Below, piece by piece: positions 60,104-64,000 of a stretch of 64,000 nucleotides of DNA (the first letter of the stretch is position 1; the number at the start of each line of letters is the position of its first letter). The notes below the pieces were generated by a model. The model worked only from the letters and a program-made list of their open reading frames with translations. It did not search any database and was not told where the DNA came from. This DNA is from Planctomycetota bacterium (GTDB taxonomy: Bacteria; Planctomycetota; SZUA-567; H5-PLA8), in assembly GCA_038227045.1 (NCBI GenBank), contig JBBRQD010000006.1:34754-98753 (forward strand). The letters run 5' to 3'. Made by a program: the position numbers and the translations under genes.

Positions 60104-61642
60104 TTACTGTTTCGTGTCGTTCTGCTCGATGGCGATCATGCCATAGTTGGCCGTCTCACGGACGTTGGGCCGTTCGCTCGTCTTTAATTTTTTGTACAGC
60201 TCAATCGCCCCCGTGTGGTCGCCGGCCTTGCGCAGCGCTTCGGCGAGGCGCAATTGGCGGTCTTCCTGCGTGCTCGGCGCGCGCGTAAGCGCCACAGACT
60301 GGCGTAGCACCGTAACCGCTTCGGCCATGCGCTCCTGGTAAAACAGGGTCAAGCCTAGATCGAATAGCGCCTGCGATTTGTAGTCGTTGTCGCAGGGCAG
60401 ATCCAGACCCGCGCGCAGCGCCTTTTCGGAAACCTTCAGCAGCCGGTCGCGATCGGTTTTGGTCTTCGGGCGATCATAATACTGGTTGATGATGTTGCCG
60501 CAGTTGCGCAGCGACGCGCCGTCCTTTTTGTCGAACAGCACGAAGAACTTGATGAATTCGGCGGTCACGCCATCGACGTCTCCCTGCATGCACAGGACTT
60601 CGATCAAACCGAGATACGCCTTCGGCAGATCGGTCGACATGGGCGCGGCGGCGATGTGATCCTTGTAAATCTTCGCGGCCTGGTCGTAGTTGCGCGACGT
60701 GATTTTTTCCTGCGCGGCGGTTTTCGCGTGCGACCAGGATTTCAAATCCTTGCGGTTGTTGGCGTCGAACGCCTCGGTCAACTTCATGCGGAACGCTCGC
60801 GTGTCCTTGCGCGGAAACGAACGATGCTTGTCGAGTTCTTTCGGAAAACGCGACTGGTCTTCCCGGCGCAGGCGCTGCTCCATTTCGATTTCTTCCGGAG
60901 ACATTTTGTCCTTGCCCGGATAGCCGGGGCCGTCGAAATCCAGCGTCGTCCTGCTGGCGTCGTCGCCTCGCACGAACGTGTCGACGGCCTCGTCCATGCG
61001 GTCGTTGACGAAATAATAGTGCGCCAAGTCGATGTAGTGTCCCACTCGCTGAGGCTCGGATTTGACTTTATTCTCCAGCAGTTCGAGGATCTTGTCGCCC
61101 AGCTCGATGTCGTCGAATTTGCACGTCTGGCCGGACTCGATTTCCACGCGCCGCGAATAGGATGTAAAATTCGTCTTGCGCACCATGAGTTCGTGCGGGC
61201 CGGCTTCGACCCCTTCTACTTTTAAAGGCGTGTGTCCGACCAGTTCGCCGTCGAGCAGCACTTCGGAATCAGACGGTTTGACGTTGACGACGAGAATGCC
61301 CTTCGCCACCGGACTGAGTTTTTCGTGAACGCGCGAGCTGCCGCTGGACGAGAGATCGACGCGCAATGACATCGGCGCGAATTCGGCTTTCTCAAGTCGC
61401 ACGTCGTAGGTACCGCCCGGCAGGCCTTTGATCGAGATCGGTGTGGCACCGGCGACATGCCCATTCACCAGCACGCTTGCGCCCGAAGGCTCGCTTTCGA
61501 CGTTGATGCTGCCGCCGCGGAGAGCGCCGAGCACGTAGTATGTCAATCCCGCAAAAACGGCAACACCGGCGATCAGCACGATTGTCAGACCCAGCCACAC
61601 TCTGCCTTTCGGCCTTCGATTCAGAATAACGCGCGACGCCAT
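60104..61642 (-). CDS. PEGA-domain (x2) plus TPR-like membrane protein, paralog of the upstream gene
   Basis: Same architecture (ASVLVNGHVAGATP; SEVLLDGELVGHTP); start set at MASRVILN to exclude repeat-derived codons. Confidence 0.7.
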   Translation of the reverse strand: MASRVILNRRPKGRVWLGLTIVLIAGVAVFAGLTYYVLGALRGGSINVESEPSGASVLVNGHVAGATPISIKGLPGGTYDVRLEKAEFAPMSLRVDLSSSGSSRVHEKLSPVAKGILVVNVKPSDSEVLLDGELVGHTPLKVEGVEAGPHELMVRKTNFTSYSRRVEIESGQTCKFDDIELGDKILELLENKVKSEPQRVGHYIDLAHYYFVNDRMDEAVDTFVRGDDASRTTLDFDGPGYPGKDKMSPEEIEMEQRLRREDQSRFPKELDKHRSFPRKDTRAFRMKLTEAFDANNRKDLKSWSHAKTAAQEKITSRNYDQAAKIYKDHIAAAPMSTDLPKAYLGLIEVLCMQGDVDGVTAEFIKFFVLFDKKDGASLRNCGNIINQYYDRPKTKTDRDRLLKVSEKALRAGLDLPCDNDYKSQALFDLGLTLFYQERMAEAVTVLRQSVALTRAPSTQEDRQLRLAEALRKAGDHTGAIELYKKLKTSERPNVRETANYGMIAIEQNDTKQ

Positions 61643-61660
61643 GCGGCTCAATCCCAAATA

Positions 61661-61722
61661 TTGTGGTGCAGGCTTCCAGCCTGCAATTCCAAGCAATGCA
61701 GACTGGAAGCCTGCACCACAAA
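61661..61722. repeat. family-1 palindromic repeat element, copy D (25-bp arms)
   Basis: ttgtggtgcaggcttccagcctgca attccaagcaa tgcagactggaagcctgcaccacaa; one mismatch in the arms. Confidence 0.8.
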
Positions 61723-61726
61723 ACAA

Positions 61727-64000
61727 TTACTTGCCGTTTTCAACCGGAGTATCGTACACTGTTTTCACCGGTCCGGGCAGGAAATCCGGGCTCTCGGTAT
61801 CCTCTCCATTGTCGCCGGAGATGCGAATCTTGCTGATCATGATGCCGTGTTCGTAGGTCCAGATCGCGATCCGGTCGCCGCTGACGGGCACCGAATCCTC
61901 GAAGACCATTTCGGGCGGTGGAATCTTCCCGTCCCCCTTGCCGGGAGCCTGGAAGAAATGATCGACGCGAAATTTCATTATATTTCCCTGCCGCTCGGCT
62001 TTGAACGCGAACCAGTGGCGGTGGTAGTCCATGGTCGTCGGAATGCGCGCGGGAAATTGTTTCACGATCACGCCGTTGCGGCTGATGTAGCTGGTGGTGT
62101 TGCCATTCCCGCCGAAGCTGAACGTGTAGCCCTTGGTCAGGTCCGAGCCATCCGAGCCGATCGTCACGTTGACGTCCCGGGCGTAGGTGTACGGATTGCC
62201 GCGCATGTGGTCCATCTTGTTGCCGAAATAGAATTCCACGGTCACGTCGCCCGGGTATAGCTGCTTGCTCCAGAGCACGGCCGGCTTGCCGACGTTGCGC
62301 TCGTTCTGGAGGCTGAAGAAGGTCCAGCGCGGGTCGCACTGCCAGCGGTTGGTGACTTCGGCGATGGCGCTGCCGCCCAGGCGCCAGTTGACCGGCGCGC
62401 CGGAGAACGTGTCGTTGCGGAAATGATCGCTGATGATGCGCATCGCTTCGGTCTTCACCAGAATGCCTTGCGTTTTGTACGCGACTTTGCTGCCTTTCAG
62501 CGGATCGTTGTCGCGGAACGACAGTACGGCTTTGCCATTGACCAGTCCGACGATGTATTTTCCACAGCGGCGGATCGCCAGATTCGACAGTTGCCGCACG
62601 TCGTCGCCAATCTGCTTTTCCATAACCAACTCGCCCTGCCGCAGAATTTCGACATGCACGCCCGGCTTGCCACTCTTTTCGTCGCCGACCGTATAGCGGT
62701 AAACGTAACCGTTGTTTTTCGTCAAGCCGTCCTTGGAGCATGAAAGGGCGATCATGTAATTCGATTCGGTGATTTCGCGCGGTTCGACCATCAATTCCAC
62801 ATCGCCTGGGAACTGGCTGCGGTGCCACAACAACGTGACGACTTTGTTGTCGTGCACTTCGACGTTGTTGTCCGAGGGCGGCACCCATTCCGCCGCTGAA
62901 TTGCTCCACTCGTTCATCGACACTTCCTCGTCGAAGATGGCGTTGTTGGTCACCAGCGGTTCGGGTTCGGGGATGAATTCGATGCGGAACGACGAAAACG
63001 CCGCGGAGGGAACGGACGCGTTTCCGCCGGAGTGGACATACAGGCCCGCGCGCCCTCTAAGGCGGGTTTCGCCGTCAAAGGCTTCCACGGACGCACCGTC
63101 GTCGGCGATGGCGCGAATGTGCCCCTTCTTAACAGAGGCTTGAATCCGGATGGGCTCCGCGCCTGCATTGGTCAGTTGCGCGTTGTCTTCGACGCGCTCC
63201 ACGCCGGCCGCGACGCGGACCAGTTTCAAGATGCCGTTCTCGATCTTCACCACATAGTAATTGCTCTCATCGCGGTGCATCAGCACGATTCCCGCCACGC
63301 CTTTGTTCAGCGGCTGAACATCCGCAGTCACTTGGTACTGAGACCAGCGCCGGTCGCCGATCAACGCCTTTGTGTCTCCGGCGCAGCGCACCGACAGTGT
63401 GCCGCTTTTCAGCGCTGGCGGCGCATGGCCCGCGGCCGATTTGTCGGCGGACGAGTTCGCCGCAACGGACCAGTCACCTTCGCCAACCAGCCAGCCCGAT
63501 TTCAGCGTGCCGGGCGTCAAGAAGCGTTCTTCATAATCTTCCTGCGAGCGGACGCGCACGTCGTCGAAGACCGCGTGCTGCCGCATCAAGCCTTCAAGAC
63601 TATTGAGCGAAAACTCCTGCTCTTTTGGATCCTTCGCCAGTTTTTCGGGACGCGGCACGTCGCACCAGACACCCGCCGCGCCCGCCGCAAGGCATGAGTC
63701 GGTTGTTTCGAGCATGAGGTGCTTGTCGATATAAACACTGACGCGGGCATAGCTGACGTTTACCGTCGCTTTGTACCACTCGTTGGGCGCATAGCCGCCC
63801 GGCGCCTGCGCCAGGATTTCCTCCTGCCCGTCGCGCACGCGGACCAATTCGCGCCGGGCTTCCCAGCGTCCATCTTTGCCGCGCGAACCCCAGCGGAACA
63901 GGCCATAATTCTTCTCGTCGCGATAGGCGAAGACCAGCCCGATCTTTCCCGTTTCCGGTCCGCGCAACGACAGCTCGTAGACGTAATTGTCCCACCACGA
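61727..64000 (-). CDS. large hypothetical protein with repeated beta-sandwich (DUF1080/LamG-like) modules; 5' end beyond the window
   Basis: Reading frame is open to base 64000; repeated patterns such as G.VLMHRDESNYYVVKI and ...LYVHSGGNAS...FRIEF. Confidence 0.6.
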   Translation of the reverse strand, partial: SWWDNYVYELSLRGPETGKIGLVFAYRDEKNYGLFRWGSRGKDGRWEARRELVRVRDGQEEILAQAPGGYAPNEWYKATVNVSYARVSVYIDKHLMLETTDSCLAAGAAGVWCDVPRPEKLAKDPKEQEFSLNSLEGLMRQHAVFDDVRVRSQEDYEERFLTPGTLKSGWLVGEGDWSVAANSSADKSAAGHAPPALKSGTLSVRCAGDTKALIGDRRWSQYQVTADVQPLNKGVAGIVLMHRDESNYYVVKIENGILKLVRVAAGVERVEDNAQLTNAGAEPIRIQASVKKGHIRAIADDGASVEAFDGETRLRGRAGLYVHSGGNASVPSAAFSSFRIEFIPEPEPLVTNNAIFDEEVSMNEWSNSAAEWVPPSDNNVEVHDNKVVTLLWHRSQFPGDVELMVEPREITESNYMIALSCSKDGLTKNNGYVYRYTVGDEKSGKPGVHVEILRQGELVMEKQIGDDVRQLSNLAIRRCGKYIVGLVNGKAVLSFRDNDPLKGSKVAYKTQGILVKTEAMRIISDHFRNDTFSGAPVNWRLGGSAIAEVTNRWQCDPRWTFFSLQNERNVGKPAVLWSKQLYPGDVTVEFYFGNKMDHMRGNPYTYARDVNVTIGSDGSDLTKGYTFSFGGNGNTTSYISRNGVIVKQFPARIPTTMDYHRHWFAFKAERQGNIMKFRVDHFFQAPGKGDGKIPPPEMVFEDSVPVSGDRIAIWTYEHGIMISKIRISGDNGEDTESPDFLPGPVKTVYDTPVENGK

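Noticed and set aside
7855-61722. Possibility that the dispersed palindromic repeats form a CRISPR array
   Set aside because: Copies are tens of kilobases apart and not regularly spaced with unique spacers. Each is an internal palindrome rather than a direct repeat.

Overview
The window is a gene-dense, high-GC bacterial chromosomal segment of roughly 65 protein-coding genes, with no rRNA genes, tRNA genes, CRISPR arrays or transposase genes recognisable by eye. It is dominated by signal-peptide, HEAT-repeat, TPR, PEGA, FHA, Ser/Thr-kinase and DUF-type proteins, a profile typical of Planctomycetota or Verrucomicrobiota-like genomes; that lineage call is inference. Recognisable core functions are a glycine-cleavage operon (gcvT-gcvH-gcvPA-gcvPB followed by a lipoate-protein ligase-like gene), a two-subunit 2-oxoacid:ferredoxin oxidoreductase (korAB-like), ndk, yacG, a housekeeping-type xerD, an SDR oxidoreductase, a UspA, a MOSC protein, a TusA-like protein plus a 4Fe-4S protein, an OprO/P-like porin next to a NosR-like FMN-binding membrane protein, and a PIN/RHH toxin-antitoxin pair. 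Most notable is sequence structure that no CDS explains: two unrelated families of intergenic palindromic repeat elements, one carrying the arm TTGTGGTGCAGGCTTCCAGCCTGCA (4 copies) and one with GGATGAAGGATGAATG arms (4 copies plus a variant). Several copies create spurious N-terminal extensions on six-frame ORF calls. Other observations are two very long inverted repeats (27 bp perfect at 2275-2355; 33 bp at 46260-46412), a 225-bp tandem duplication inside a ComEA-like gene, a frameshifted and truncated globin-coupled sensor kinase remnant in a lower-GC patch beside xerD, a Ser/Thr kinase-DUF58-FHA cluster, and tandem paralogous PEGA-TPR membrane proteins. I could not identify a coherent novel multi-gene system such as a defence island and say so. 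All family names are from motif recognition by eye, not database searches.
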